A stretch of 63,287 bases of DNA, counting the filler, from Squatina squatina (lineage: Eukaryota), in the NCBI GenBank assembly GCA_031763465.1. It is 4 parts of 4 records of this genome, joined end to end, with 100 filler letters (N's around TTAATTAATTAA, not from the genome) between each part and the next. Parts side by side here need not be neighbours in the genome. Positions count along the whole stretch, not along the records: positions 49,183 to 63,287 come from JARFOE010000100.1; 3 more parts are not named here. One strand, 5' to 3'. Position numbers and translations under genes: made by a program. Of the stretch, positions 49,293 through 62,500 are shown piece by piece (within the stretch, counting starts at the first letter, position 1; each line of letters opens with the position of its first letter). The notes beneath the pieces were generated by a model. That model was not told the origin of the DNA. It searched no databases and worked only from the letters and a program-made list of their open reading frames with translations.

Positions 49293-51709
49293 TTTTTAAA
49301 AATTAGATGTAGATTGGAGGATGTACATGTACATGGAAGGGGTATGAACAATGGTGTGGAAGAGGGTTTTGAACCATTTTCTCAGATGCAATACCAACCA
49401 AAATGTTATGTGCAAAACTGGAGAGGCTATTTAAATTAATGAATCACCAATATGAAAGAATGAAAACAGAACAGTTAAGTTCAGGCAGAATGACAACTTA
49501 ATGACTGTTTGGTACCCTGCCATTTATGGTATGTTACAATAAAACGTATGAAGTTATTTAGACGGAGAACCTATTTTTGCTCTAACAATTAAGTCTGATT
49601 ATCCCTCGGGCAGAAAGAAGCCCAGAAGCACTTTAACTGCCCAATTCTTGAAGGAATGGAACTTGAGAATCAAGGTGGAATGGGTACAGAGCTGAATCAC
49701 TGGGAAAAGAGGTTGCTGGAGGTAAGGTTGAGTGAAGCTTTGTGTTAAGCAAATTTTTCACCAAAACTGCAATCTATATAATAATTATTTCAGCTNNNNN
49801 NNNNNNNNNNNNNNNNNNNNNNNNNNNNNNNNNNNNNNNNNNNNNNNNNNNNNNNNNNNNNNNNNNNNNNNNNNNNNNNNNNNNNNNNNNNNNNNGTGGT
49901 TACTCTTTGGTTGCTGGTGACTAACTTCCTCCCCCTGGTGGCAGGATTTTTCCTTTGCGTGTGGAACTAACACCAGTGCACTATCCCATTAAAGGAAGTA
50001 CTGAAGTTTTACAGTTTGGACCACAACACTGCCAGAGCTAAGCATAATTCTGCAAAGAAATACACTAGGTGCTTTTACCAAAAGGACTGAATTCTGTCTT
50101 GGTGGAAGGTACATGGCATGATTGTGACTTTTAATCTCAGTTAATTAATACTACAAGAAACCAAGACGATAGCAAATGAAAAGGGTGCTACTACTGTACT
50201 TTGTGTATTGAACAAAACTGAACTACCTCTACAGTACTATATGCTAAAATGATTTTCAACAAGTCCTGAATATGTATATGTTCAGTGATTTTCAATGTTG
50301 AACCTTGGACGTAAATGGTACTGATTTGCACAGATTGTCCAGTAGATTTGGCATGTCAATCCCACCGTTACTATTTGCACTTGTGTTGCTTGCATTCTTT
50401 TGCTGTTTGTGCCTCATTTTATCAAAAAAACAATCCGACACAAATGACCTTGTTAATGATTGTTAGAATCATTATTATAGAAATTCTGTCAACATCACCA
50501 ATTTATTTGCTCTATTCTAAGTAAATAAAAAGTCTACCTTGGATGTCACATAAAGCACTAAGTAATAGAGCACATTGTTGCCTATTTATATCTCTTTCCT
50601 ATTTCCCTAGCGCTGTACTCTATAATCAGATGCAAAGATGCCCATAATTCTGGGCACCAGAGTAGCTGGTGGGGCCTCTGATTTAAGGGTCTATGGCATT
50701 ACTTAAAAAATAAATCTACAAGGGATTAGAATAAAATATTGAAGGCCAGTGAATAAAACTTCCATTTTTTCCTCCTAGGTCCCTTAATGGCTCAGTGGAT
50801 TTAGACATTGAATCGCTATATATAAAAAAAGGTCCCATGTTGGATCAGGCTCTGCTAAGATGCTCCCCATTATTGAATTCTTGTGAATACTCACAGGCGA
50901 GGCGAGATGCCCAGCACCTGTGGCACTGTACCACAAGGAGAAAATAGCACTTTCAGGACAGAAGGAGAAAAAGCTTGTGGAAAAACATCTAGTTTTGTCA
51001 GTTTTTAAAAGCTTATTTAAGGTAAAATTAAAACAGATAGCTCCTTTTTAGAAGGGACCTACCCAAGTCAAAGCAGTCTATACAAGTTCATATCTGTTTC
51101 ATTTAATCATAAAATTTAACCATAAAATAACTAGGATTATTGTGGTCAACTGGCCAACCTGAACAGGGAAAATGAGTTTCCAATTTGGTATCTCCTTGTC
51201 TTTGTGATGGAGCGTTAAATAATAAAGAATTATGATTGTGCAATACATGTTTTGCAGGCACTTATAAGTGTTAAAGTCAGCTTTGGTTTCTTTTTCTGAA
51301 TAGGTCAGCAATTATTTTGGGGAGTTAAATCAAAAAATGTGTTCCATTACAATGCAGGTGGGTCAGCTTAGCTATCTGAAGAATTACTAGTCCTCGAGAA
51401 TTACTGCTGTTAAGGGAACAGTTTTCATGTTGGATTGCATACATGGAGGTACTGTAAATAATGAGCAAGGTCAATTACAGCAGGTGACCATCATTATTAT
51501 TGTTACTGGGTCAAATCACACTTGCCATAAACTAAACTGGCCAGATTGCCAATCTGTACTCCTGAAGCATCTTANNNNNNNNNNNNNNNNNNNNNNNNNN
51601 NNNNNNNNNNNNNNNNNNNNNNNNNNNNNNNNNNNNNNNNNNNNNNNNNNNNNNNNNNNNNNNNNNNNNNNNNNTTGCAAACTCGTTAGCCCTTTGCTCC
51701 CACTATACA

Positions 51710-52130
51710 TTTATATCTAGAAGACAAGGAGGTGGAAGTTATACTGCAGCTATACAAAGCTCTGCTTAGACTACATCTTGAGCAATGTAAGCAGTTCTGG
51801 ACACCACACCTTAGGAATGATATATTGGCCTTGAAGGGAGTGCAGCGTAGGTTTAACAGTCTGATACCTGAATCCAAGGGTTAAATTACAAGAGATTACA
51901 CAAATTAGGGTTGTGGTCCCTAGAATTTAGAAGGTTAAAGGGTGATTTAATCTAAGTTTTCAAAATATTAAAAGGGAACAGTTAGGGTAGATAGAGAGGA
52001 ACATCTCTGCTGGTTGAGAATTCTAGGACTAGGGGGCATAGTCTAACAATTAGAGCCAGACCATTCAAGAGTGAAATTAGGAAACACTTCTACACACAAA
52101 GGGTGGTTGAAGTTTGGAACACACTTCCCC
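51710..52130 (+). mobile_element. CR1 LINE ORF2 C-terminal fragment
   Basis: EVILQLYKALLRLHLEQCKQFWTPHLRNDILALKGVQRRFNSLIP...SRTRGHSL...FYTQRVVEVWN. Confidence 0.85.
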
Positions 52131-52437
52131 AAACGATCTGAAACCCCGGACCTCCTCTCCAATGACTGGCAAATTCCGACCTCTCCTAAAATGATCCAGC
52201 ACCCCACTCCCAGATCTGACTGACAATGATGCAGCTCTTGGCCTTGCCGACGATTCCTGGTCTTTTGACACCCGGCTGAAAGCTGATCCAGAGTCACTGG
52301 AAATCACACTATTGCCTGGGGCTGTAGAATGTTGATCTGGCACTGCGGTTTCCTGAGACCAGGGGTCCCACTGTTTTTACTGGAGCAACTCCAGAATGAA
52401 CTTGAGTGGCCGAGTAGAAAGATTACCTTTGCATACC

Positions 52438-52579
52438 TAGGGCGACCAGATATTTAAAACTTAAAAACTGGGACAAAACTTACCTTCCAGTCTGCACATG
52501 TGCAGTCAGTCTCCCATTCTCGCTGGAAACCGGGACACCAGGACATTTACTCAAAAAACCTGGACGTCTGGTCACCCTA
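52438..52579. mobile_element. 142-bp non-autonomous hAT element (Blackjack/Tip100-like termini) with 8-bp target-site duplication
   Basis: Terminal inverted repeats TAGGGCGACCAGA / TCTGGTCACCCTA (12 of 13 match), flanked by a perfect TGCATACC duplication at 52430-52437 and 52580-52587. Confidence 0.9.
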
Positions 52580-53856
52580 TGCATACCTCTACCCAGTTCA
52601 GAAAATCCTATCCTAGTACCTACACTAGGATCAAAAGACGAAAGATTTTCAGTCCTTAAAATCAGCTAGAATTATAACAGCTATTGAAAATTAGGTTAAC
52701 GTCATCAGATTTAACAAATTAACGGAGAATAATTGCACAGGAGATTAGAACATAGCATTCTTTGTCACAAACTATTCTTGAATCCATAAATTATTTTAAA
52801 GGGGTGTAAGCAAATGCTTGAAAAAATGAAATATCAAACAGGAAATGAGCAAGAGAATGGGATTGAACGAGGTGGCTCACATGGGCATGGGCAAACATCA
52901 GTGGAGTTGATGAGCCAAATAACCTGTGTTGTGAAAAATATGCTTTTAATAACATGGTGCAGTCATAAATTATTTGTGCTTCAGCACTGTTAATATATAC
53001 TTGAAGAAAACTAAAACACATTTATTATAAATTTTATTGTGATTGAAATAATAATCAATTGTAAAGTGATAAGTTTTGATTTCCAGTCCAAAGTAGGACA
53101 TTTTACATTGTTAATACCCCATCACTTCTGCCTAACCACAGCATTTGTGTGTGAGCATTGAGCTGGTTTATTTTTTTTAATTAAGGCATGATCTATGCAG
53201 ACTAAACATAAGTCCCTGTAAAAAGTTACTGTACTTACAATGTGTTTTTGTGCATTTTTAAAGATTCCTGTACTTTTTGTGTGAAGCCCCCTTAAGTTAT
53301 ATTATTGACCACAATTATTAAAATATTTCCTGGGGTATAAAAGTTCAAATATCTTCAACGTAAACATTCGCTTCAATCAGTCTATTTTATTGATGAGAGC
53401 TACCATGTGTAGTTAATTCCTGTGTACCTGGAATCTTAAGTCAGAGTCAAAACATACTACTGAATGAAACAGAATTGGAAATCTCATTTACGATATGCAA
53501 CTGTTTCTGCTACATAGATCGATGACCAACATTTAATAATGTAAAATTAAGGCCAACAGAAGCAGTATAGATTATATCAGCAAAAGTAGGGAATGATTGA
53601 AGAGGTTATTAATGCATTTTAGATATTGCAATGAGTTTTTCACAAGTGCATTTAAAAAATCTACATTTCCCTGGTTAAAAGGCAGAATTATTGTAGAATA
53701 CAGAAACCAATTTTCATTGCTAAGTTTAACTATAAAAAACATCCTATTAAAAGGTCAGCTTATTATGGCTGCTAAAATAATCTGTAGCGATATTCTTTAC
53801 TTGCAAAAAAAGATAAGATTGTGATTATAACATGGATTTGCAGGAGTCAGCTCAAA

Positions 53857-53953
53857 TTACAGATGTTCCGGGTGGTTCTGAAGGCATGTGATGAAGTCTC
53901 TGACTGGTCTGCTCTCATAGCAGATTTGAAAAACTGCAGCAAAGAGTGGAAAT
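53857..53953 (-). CDS. GPD1L: Cytosolic NAD-dependent glycerol-3-phosphate dehydrogenase (GPD1/GPD1L family), last coding exon
   Basis: Acceptor tttttacag; (K)[34 protein letters not shown]; phase fits the preceding exon. Paralogue identity (GPD1L vs gpd1c/GPD1L2) is uncertain. Confidence 0.92.
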
Positions 53954-54379
53954 CTGTAAAAATACAAAAGTCGGTTTGAAACAATTGAACATGAGAATCA
54001 AGCCTTATTCCCAAACTAGAAGTAGCAAATTAACTCATGCTCTCATACAATGCCTAGCCTGTTAGAGCTGCACTAACGGAGGGTACCTGCCCAATCTCTT
54101 GTAAAGAACCCTTGCAATAGAGAACGAAAATGATTTGAAAATGGGGACAAATAACTTTTTTAATTCTCAGACTGTGAGCATCGTTGGAAAGACCAGCATT
54201 TACTCCCCATCCCGAGTTGCCCTTGAAGGTGGCGGGCCTTTTCATGTTCTGAGTATTAGTCCAGTAACATAACCATCATGCTACTGTACTCATTCTGTAC
54301 TGTCTCAAATCTATGCAATATTCAGATAAGTTCTATGTTTGTGACCAAATGTGGTAGTTTTTACTGCTTACTCTCAACC

Positions 54380-54535
54380 TCCCTTATTCAAGATGCTCCT
54401 TAAAACCTACCACTTTGACCAAGTTTTTGGTAATCCTAATACCACCTCATGTGTTGAATTTTGTTTGAACACACTTCTGTGAAGTGCCTTGGGACGTCTT
54501 GCTATGTTAAAGGCGCTATATAAATGCAAGCTGTT
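54380..54535 (+). mobile_element. L2-type 3' tail
   Basis: agatgctccttaaaacctaccactttgaccaagtttttgg...gtgaagtgccttgggacgtc...aggcgctatataaatgcaag. Confidence 0.65.
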
Positions 54536-54629
54536 TTGTTTGTTATACAATCTATGATGTATTGACATTTATTAACCACTAAAATTAAAAGTAAATAAAC
54601 CAACTTATTTACTAGTCATAAATACTTAC

Positions 54630-54736
54630 TTGTTCACCAAGTTTTTCTGTTTGAGCACTTTGTAAACTTCAGCTGAAGTCTGAGGACCTTGCAACTTTTG
54701 CCCATTCAACATCTCTCTTTCCAACTCCTCAATAGA
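54630..54736 (-). CDS. GPD1L: GPD1/GPD1L-family penultimate exon (107 nt)
   Basis: Acceptor ttttatgcag; [35 protein letters not shown](K); donor AA/GTAAGT. Confidence 0.93.
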
Positions 54737-55213
54737 CTGCATAAAATTAATGAAAAACTGAAAATCTAAGGTATGTATCCCAATTATCCATACATTATTT
54801 AGCAAAGTAGCAAGTGCTGACAAATACATTGTGCATCTAAATTGTAAAATGGCACATATCTCGATGCAACATTACTGAAAAGATGATTGATATGTATCAC
54901 ATCATCTCATCCAAAATACAACCTAGCACAACAAAAGCTGATTTTCTCTTTACTTCTTTATTTTTAGGCACTCTGACTGAGTTCTAGCCTTTGATTACAT
55001 TGTATGCTCTGTATAATGTTATAGGACTTTTGTTGTATTCGCTTTGTAAATCAAAATGCTTTGGCTATGAAATGGAGAGCTTTGTTTGTTCACTTTTTTC
55101 ATGAAAAGCAAAATATAAAATGAGAATTATATTTCTCGTACCTATAAATGCACTACATAAAAGGACAAAAAAATCATAAGACCTTTATCAGAGCAAGATA
55201 AAATAACTCCTAC

Positions 55214-55447
55214 TTTTCCAGTTTTCACAAATGCTTCTGCTACTTTTCTGTTGCGCCCTCCATAACAAGTTGTAACAAGATCAGCAACTCCGCAACTCTC
55301 CAAGAAGGTGGCTGATGTAACTGATCCTTTACAAAATAATTTAGCAAAAGCTAACATTTCCATCAATCCCAAGCGGATAACAGCAGCTTTAGTGTTGTCA
55401 CCATAGCCAAGCCCATCACAGAAGCCAGCACCAACAGCCACGATATT
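55214..55447 (-). CDS. GPD1L: GPD1/GPD1L-family exon (234 nt)
   Basis: Acceptor tttatttctag; [31 protein letters not shown]...[32 protein letters not shown]; donor AAA/GTAGGA. Confidence 0.95.
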
Positions 55448-55769
55448 CTAGAAATAAAAATGAAAAATAAAATTCATTAAAATCCAAAATGTGCATTGTA
55501 CAGATGGGAATTAAATTATGTATGAAGCAACACAAATCAAGTATGGAATGTGCATTTTAGTGAGACTTTAAAAGCACTTCAGATCAAGCTGTCCTCTTTT
55601 CTCTATCGACACCATAAGTTTCAAACTATAGTCTCTGAACCTTTTAAGAGCCAGGATTTCTGACCCGAGAGCATCAGATTTCTGTAAACTTAGAGAAGAT
55701 AAATAAAAATATTTTGTATGATGTGAGCATCTTTTTTTCTTAGGGTAGCTAACTGTTGGAAGTTAGGAT

Positions 55770-56499
55770 TGAGAATCATAGAATCGTTACAGCACAGAAG
55801 GAGGCCATTTGGCATATCGAGCCCATGCCGACTCTCTACAAGAGCACTTCAGTTAGTCCCTTGCCCTGCAAAATTTATTTTTTTCCAGGTACTTATCCAA
55901 TTCTCTTTTGAAAGCCATGATCGAATCTGTCTCGACCACTCTTTCAGGCAGTACATTCCAGATCCTAACCACTCGCTGCATAAAAAGGTTTTTCCTCCTG
56001 TCACCTTCGGTTCTTTTGCCAATCACCTTAAATCTTTGTCTCTGGTTCTCAACTCTTTCGCCAATAGGAACAGTTTCTCTCGATCTACTTGGTCTAAACC
56101 CCTCACTATTTTGAACACCTCTTCAAATCTCCTCTCAACTTTCTCTGTTCTAAGGAGAACACCACCATCTTCTCCAGCCAAGCCTTGTAACTTAAGTCCC
56201 TCACCCCTGGAACCATTCTTGTACCCTCTTTAAGGCCTTCACATTCTTCCTAAAGTATGGTGCCCAGAATTGAATACAGTACTCCAGTTGAGGCCGAACC
56301 AGTGTTTTATAAAGGTTCATCATAACTTACTTTTATACTCTATGCCTCTATGAAGCCCAGGAGCCCGTGTGCTTTCTCAACCAGGCCTGCCACCTTCAAC
56401 AATTTGTGCGTTTATACACTCCCTTTAGTTTATATTGCCACTCCTCATTCTTCCTACCAAAATGCATCACTTCGCACTTTTCTGCATTAAATTTCATCC
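55770..56499 (-). mobile_element. CR1 LINE 3' portion
   Basis: Reverse strand has the CR1 ORF2 end (gtattcaattctgggcaccatactttaggaag...gcagcgagtggttaggatctggaatg) and an (attct)n-like tail. Confidence 0.8.
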
Positions 56500-57559
56500 N
56501 NNNNNNNNNNNNNNNNNNNNNNNNNNNNNNNNNNNNNNNNNNNNNNNNNNNNNNNNNNNNNNNNNNNNNNNNNNNNNNNNNNNNNNNNNNNNNNNNNNNA
56601 TGTTAAGCTAATTGGCCTATAGTTACCCGCTTTTTGCCTCCTTCCCTTTTTGAATAGAGGTGTCACATTTGCAGTCCTCCGGTACTTCCCCAGAATCTAA
56701 TGATTTTTTGGAAGATTACAACCAGTACATAGCTATACAGCTCATTTTCCTATTTATGGAATCAATCTGTCCACAATTTGTCTATTGAGCTTGTCTGTTA
56801 AAATAAGAAGTCATTTGTTCAGTGCCTGGGACGTCCTGAGGACGGGTTAGGTGCTATATAAATACAAGTTTCTTACTCCCTCAATACCGCTTGTGGTCTT
56901 CATATAGCAGCAAGAAAACTGCCATTATTTTCATTCTTTACAGTGATTTCTTTTTTTCTGCTCCACCAGATTCTTTGTTTTAAATAATGAAGCTGGATTA
57001 CTAGAATATTTTGTCAATGAGCAGTCAAGAAGTCAGAAGCCAAGAGGAACTTTACAGCTAGCAGGGGCTGTCATATCGCCAAGCGATGAAGACTCTCACA
57101 CGTTTACAGTCAATGCAGCCATTGGAGAACAGTATAAACTAAGAGGTACAGTACTGAGGGTGGTAGTTCATTTGATGCATCTTAATCTGTGCTGATGAGA
57201 CTGTGACGTGTTTGGGTGGCATTGTACATTGGAGTGAATTGCTGGTTGTTCCTCAGCAGAGGAGTGAGAATCCTGGACTGGGTCACTCCTCCCACCCCAA
57301 CTATAGTATACTTAGGATAATTTTTGATTTGCGTGCAATACTTTACATTTATTAGTATTATATATTTGCCTTCCATATTGCATCAATTATCTTTGTGCGT
57401 GTTAGCTTAGCTCAGGTGATAGCATGCATGCCTCCTAGTCAGAAGATGATGGGTTCGAGNNNNNNNNNNNNNNNNNNNNNNNNNNNNNNNNNNNNNNNNN
57501 NNNNNNNNNNNNNNNNNNNNNNNNNNNNNNNNNNNNNNNNNNNNNNNNNNNNNNNNNNN

Positions 57560-58272
57560 AGGAAGAGGCCATTTGGCCCACAGTGCCTGTGCTGGCTCTT
57601 TGAAAGAGCAGTGGTGGTTAGTCCCACATCCCTGTTTTCTATCCGTAGCCCTGCGAGTTCCTCACCCTCCAGTACCTGTCTCACTTCCTTTTAATATTAT
57701 TTATGGAATCATCTTCCACCACCTTTTCAGGTAGAACGTTCCAGATCCCGACAATTCTTAGAGTGAAAACATTTCTCCTCGTCTCCCCTCTAGATCTTTT
57801 TCCAATGATTTTGAATCTATGACCCTTAATTATTGACCCACTCGCCAGAGTGAATAATTTTTCCCTCTCTACTCTATCAAAACCTCTCACCATCTTGAAA
57901 ACCTCTATTCGGTCACCTCTTAAACTTCTCTGTTCCAAGGAGACCAGTCCTAACTTTTCCAACCTCTCCTCATAACTGAAGTCCCTCATCTCTGGTAACA
58001 TCCTGGTAAACCTCCTCTGTACCTGTCCTAAGGCCTTTACAGCTTTCCTGAAGTGTGGTGCCCAGAATTGTTCACAATACTCCAGCTGAGGCCTACCCAG
58101 TGATTTATAAAGTTCTAACATGATCTCTTTGCTTTTATATTCTATCCCTCTATTTATAAACCCAAGTAACCCATTTAAAAAAAAAATTAAAACCATCTAA
58201 TCAACTTGCCCTGCCACCTTTAAGGATTTGTGTATATGGATACCAAAGTCTCTCTGCTCATCTGCACTTTTC
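57560..58272 (-). mobile_element. CR1 LINE 3' portion
   Basis: ORF 57681..58196: LGFINRGIEYKSKEIMLELYKSLGRPQLEYCEQFWAPHFRK...SYEERLEKLGLVSLEQRSLRGDRIEVFK. Confidence 0.92.
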
Positions 58273-58284
58273 AAAACCGTGCTA

Positions 58285-58449
58285 CACTAGGGACCCGGTC
58301 TGCAGGGTCCAGATCACCGAACCGCGTTACAGCCGAAATCGCATTGTAGCGGGTCATTTCGAAGTGCCACATTAACGCAGGTCCAAGGCGAACTTGCGTT
58401 AAACCAAGTTCTGCGCTACAGCAGGCTGCACTATAGCGGGGTCCCTGTG
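58285..58449. mobile_element. Tc1/mariner (Tigger/pogo-like) MITE
   Basis: Imperfect inverted termini CACTAGGGACCC / GGGGTCCCTGTG, each flanked by TA (58283-58284, 58450-58451); CpG-rich interior. Confidence 0.55.
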
Positions 58450-59380
58450 TATCTATATTGTTACTGCATATAAACAACTCTTTCTCATTATTTCTGCACT
58501 ATCACTACCTTTTGTCTTTTAGGATCCTCTTTAAAATCAATCTCTTTAACCAAGCTTTTGGTCACCCCTCCAAAGATCATCTTTGGCTCAGCATCCATTT
58601 TTGTCTGATTATTCCTCTGTGAAGCACCTTGGTACATTTTAATACTTCTTCCAGCAAATACCCCAAAAATGCTCCCACATGCCATGCTCTCAACTCCAGG
58701 ATCTCCTTCTCAACATGACCGATGCACACAGAACCCCTAAACTCCCCATCACCACTATATATATTCCCTCCATCCCATCACCTACCCACAGGAACACCTG
58801 CCCTACCATCTTCCTCCATAACTTGGCCTTTAAAAAAGGCTAGAGATAAAATTGACTGCATAGTTTAATGAACATACATGAACATTGATTTACAGTTACC
58901 CAGCAAATATGTGCACAGTCACAGAGAGCACTAAGGTATCAATCTCATTTCAACAATATGCTGTAATAAAAAAGAAATTTTGCTATGACTCCCTTCTGCC
59001 AATTTTTAATTTCTTTTTATTCTGCGTTTTAAATTGTTTTAACTTGTGCCACATCAAATTTTTATTTGTTCCTTTTTTGGACTGGTTCTTAAAGGGTTTC
59101 ATGTATCACTGCTGTACTTTCCAGTCTCGGATGATTTTTCAAGATCTGCTTGCCACTATCATGTTTCAGTCAGTTTGATAGGCATGACTAAAATGAATGC
59201 ACCAGTCAGAATCCTGATACCTTTAGTGACGACAATGGGCGTTGCCTCATGCTTCTATCATCGCCTTTGCCTTTGTACATTTCATTTTGTGACTAAGAAA
59301 TGAAACTAGTTTCAATGGCAGTAATCTTCTGCCAGCTGTGATTATGGAAAAATTCAAAGCTAAACTACCATTTGTTTCAG

Positions 59381-59526
59381 GGACAACTATTGAATGGTTG
59401 GAACCTAAATTACCATTATCGGACCATCTTAAGAATGGAAGTGCACATCAGTCGTCAACTGAGAAAGATCAGTCAAAAGCTGCAAGTGGGGATCAGCCTG
59501 TTTCCGAACCCTGCCAAATGACACGG
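59381..59526 (+). CDS. OSBPL11: Oxysterol-binding protein-related protein 11, internal exon (146 nt) between the PH and ORD domains
   Basis: Acceptor tttgtttcag; (G)TTIEWLEPKLPLSDHLKNGSAHQSSTEKDQSKAASGDQPVSEPCQMTR; donor CGG/GTAAGG. Aligns without gaps to recalled human OSBPL11 TTIEWLEPKISLSNHYKNG...EQPVAESGLLAR. Confidence 0.85.
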
Positions 59527-62500
59527 GTAAGGTAATTCAGAAAGTAATTATTCTGGGTGCCAACTTAAAGCTTTTTCAAAATCTCTTCTCATTATGTCAG
59601 AGTCAGTGGCTTTAAAATATTGAAATAAACAAACACCACTCAAGATAAGAGAATACTGTCAGTCTTTCAAGCATATTTGAAATATACCAATGCCTGCGTC
59701 TTGCAAATGGTTTGATAGTTTAAATTTTGATCTTGTTTTGGATACATACCTGTTTTAAGATGATGGTTGGGTGTGGTTTTCTTTTAATGAATATCTATTG
59801 TTTTGCCCTGGGGGCAAAGAAGAACTGCACTATGACCTGAAACTGCACTCGGATGAGTTTAGAAGCCAAGTGACTGTTTAATAAATATTATAGAATGGCA
59901 AAGCATCTTTTTGTCAGCTTACATTTAAAAAAAAAATTATAACTTATTTTCTAGAAAATACAGTGATAAGAACTTTATACGGTGAAGTAATTCAGGAAGA
60001 GTACAAGTCACAACTCCAAACAATCCAGCTTTTTTTCAAATTATTCACATCTTATTTAAATACTGTAAAGGAAGAGCTAATACTATATTTGTCGCTCTTT
60101 TCATCTTCACCCTATCTAAGACTAAATAGGATGATAGTTTTGTATGTGAACTAAAACCACAATAAAGATTATAAATTTTGAAATCCCATCTCTCCTTACA
60201 GAAATGCCCTTGCATACTTTTTCATCATTTTGAGGAGAAGTGGAGTGACCAATTGAATCTTGCTGAGCCAGGGTTACAGGAGAATGCATTAGGCAATAAG
60301 AAAGCTGTAACTTGTCCACTGGTACTTCATTACAATTTTTCTAAGGTCTGTATTCTCAGGAATCACCAGGCTGTCTATTTGAGCTCCTTGAGCTGTATCC
60401 TGTTGTGCCAGCTAACATACAAAAACATTGTGCTACTTTATTGTTGTGCCCCACAAGATGCTACTATGTTCAGTGTTCCTCTAACTTTCCTGCCTTGTTC
60501 CTTCTACTTTTCAAATGTGCTAGTCTTGCTCCTCCCTACATTTTCATTGTGTTGAAATCAATATTTATTGTATAGTCTTGTACTCTAACTTCTCTTCCAG
60601 TACATCAAAACTGTAGAACTCCTTGACNNNNNNNNNNNNNNNNNNNNNNNNNNNNNNNNNNNNNNNNNNNNNNNNNNNNNNNNNNNNNNNNNNNNNNNNN
60701 NNNNNNNNNNNNNNNNNNNNNACTCTTAGTTCCTGCTGAGTGCAAATCCAGGAACTTGGGTATTGACTCAAGATCTCTATTTGTAAACCAAATTTGTTCA
60801 ACATTGCAGTTTCTCTTTAATTTAAACTCATGAAAAGTACAGGATGGCATTCTTTCCCTTGTCACCTATTAAGAGACTTTGAAACCTGGCTTCCAGAAGT
60901 AAAGAGCAGTATTATGAAACATTGCAAATTACTGTATCCTCATTTACAAGATTTTTATTGGAGTATTGACGTGTTAGAAAGTTGTGGTATGTTTTTTTTT
61001 AATTAAGCCTCTTGTACTTTGATTAAGGAATATTAATCTGTTCTGCAGTTTGAGTTTAGTTTGTCATGGGCACAATCAAACTTAATCGAATACTCTGAAA
61101 GGCATAAAATTGTTGAGATTTACTCTGACATTTCTCAACTGATTCGCTAAGAAATTAAATTTAAACTCACTGCATTTTATTATTTAACTTTTTCAGACAC
61201 AGGTGCTTTGCATTACTGGATAATTGTGCTCATTACCTTTACCCCTACTCACTTTCACAAAGCTGGATGCTTGCTCCAGTACTCCCAAACTTCTTTGCCA
61301 AGAGTTGTGTTAATCTGATATTCTTTATTTTGTCTAGATATTATTGTATATTATATATCCCTCATCTCTTCCTATTGGGAGATACTGGGATAGTACACTG
61401 AAACTATTTTTGTGCACTTCCCTGGTATATTACTTTTTTTGGAACATCAGAAATCATCAGCTGCAGCAAATGTAACCTTCCAATTCCCTTCCTTCACCTT
61501 CCACAATATTTTGTGAAAGTTGATCAAATGTTTCCTCCATTATGATGGCTAGAGTTTTCAGATGTTTTATTATCCATTTAACATTTACTTGTAAACTGCC
61601 TTATTTATAGCATACATAAACATTAAGCAGCAAAAATGTGTTTTTTTTCAGCAAAAGTGTTAACAAATGTTACACCAAGATAGGTTGCTACAAGCACTTT
61701 TTGTAGTAGATACATTCACAGTCGCTGACTCTGCTGCAATATGATACTCTGCACTATTTATTTGATATTATTCTGACACAGCACTTCTAAATGATGTTTC
61801 ATCAACATGAGGTTTTAGGATAATTGGGTGTGGTAGCTAATTAGCTTAGATTAATTTGGGCAGTGAGTTTGATTTTTAATTTTCAATTTAAAATTTAGGT
61901 TTAGCTTTAACTTATTTTGCTGGTTTTTGGATTTAAGTTGAACCCTGATAAATGTATACATAGTTTGTAACCTATGCTGATCTGGATCAGGTTTTGTTGC
62001 GATTTAGAAATATCTTGATATATTTACAGGTTCACACTCGAAAGCACATAGTGTTTTAAGGGTCGATTCACAAAGATTGGGTGTTTTGCTGAAGCTTTGT
62101 TCCAAGCCCTCCTTTTTTTTCTACCACCTCACTTCCCCCATCTCTCTCTTTCAGCCACTTCACATTTCCAATGTGTATTTTTAATATAAAGCTAATTTAA
62201 AACATGGCTTGTATAAAAGAAAAAATCAGTGGGTCAGTGTAAAATATTCCAGTATCAAACTCGCTGNNNNNNNNNNNNNNNNNNNNNNNNNNNNNNNNNN
62301 NNNNNNNNNNNNNNNNNNNNNNNNNNNNNNNNNNNNNNNNNNNNNNNNNNNNNNNNNNNNNNNNNNATCTCTATCATATATATCTACTTAAAACTAATGT
62401 TACGGTTTAAGTTAGTTATAATTTTGATTCAGTTGATCTGAGCATTGCATTTTCAAGTCTATTAGATTCATATAGTTTTCATTTCCATATCCTTCATTCC

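Noticed and set aside
57395-57459. tRNA gene (A-box/B-box-like sequence; similar at 46455, 35970, 50780, 21010)
   Set aside because: No cloverleaf; these are tRNA-derived SINE heads.
59750-59810. Minus-strand AG...GTATGT exon candidate upstream of the GPD exons
   Set aside because: Stops in all three frames and no GPD similarity; I did not find the upstream GPD exons in the window.
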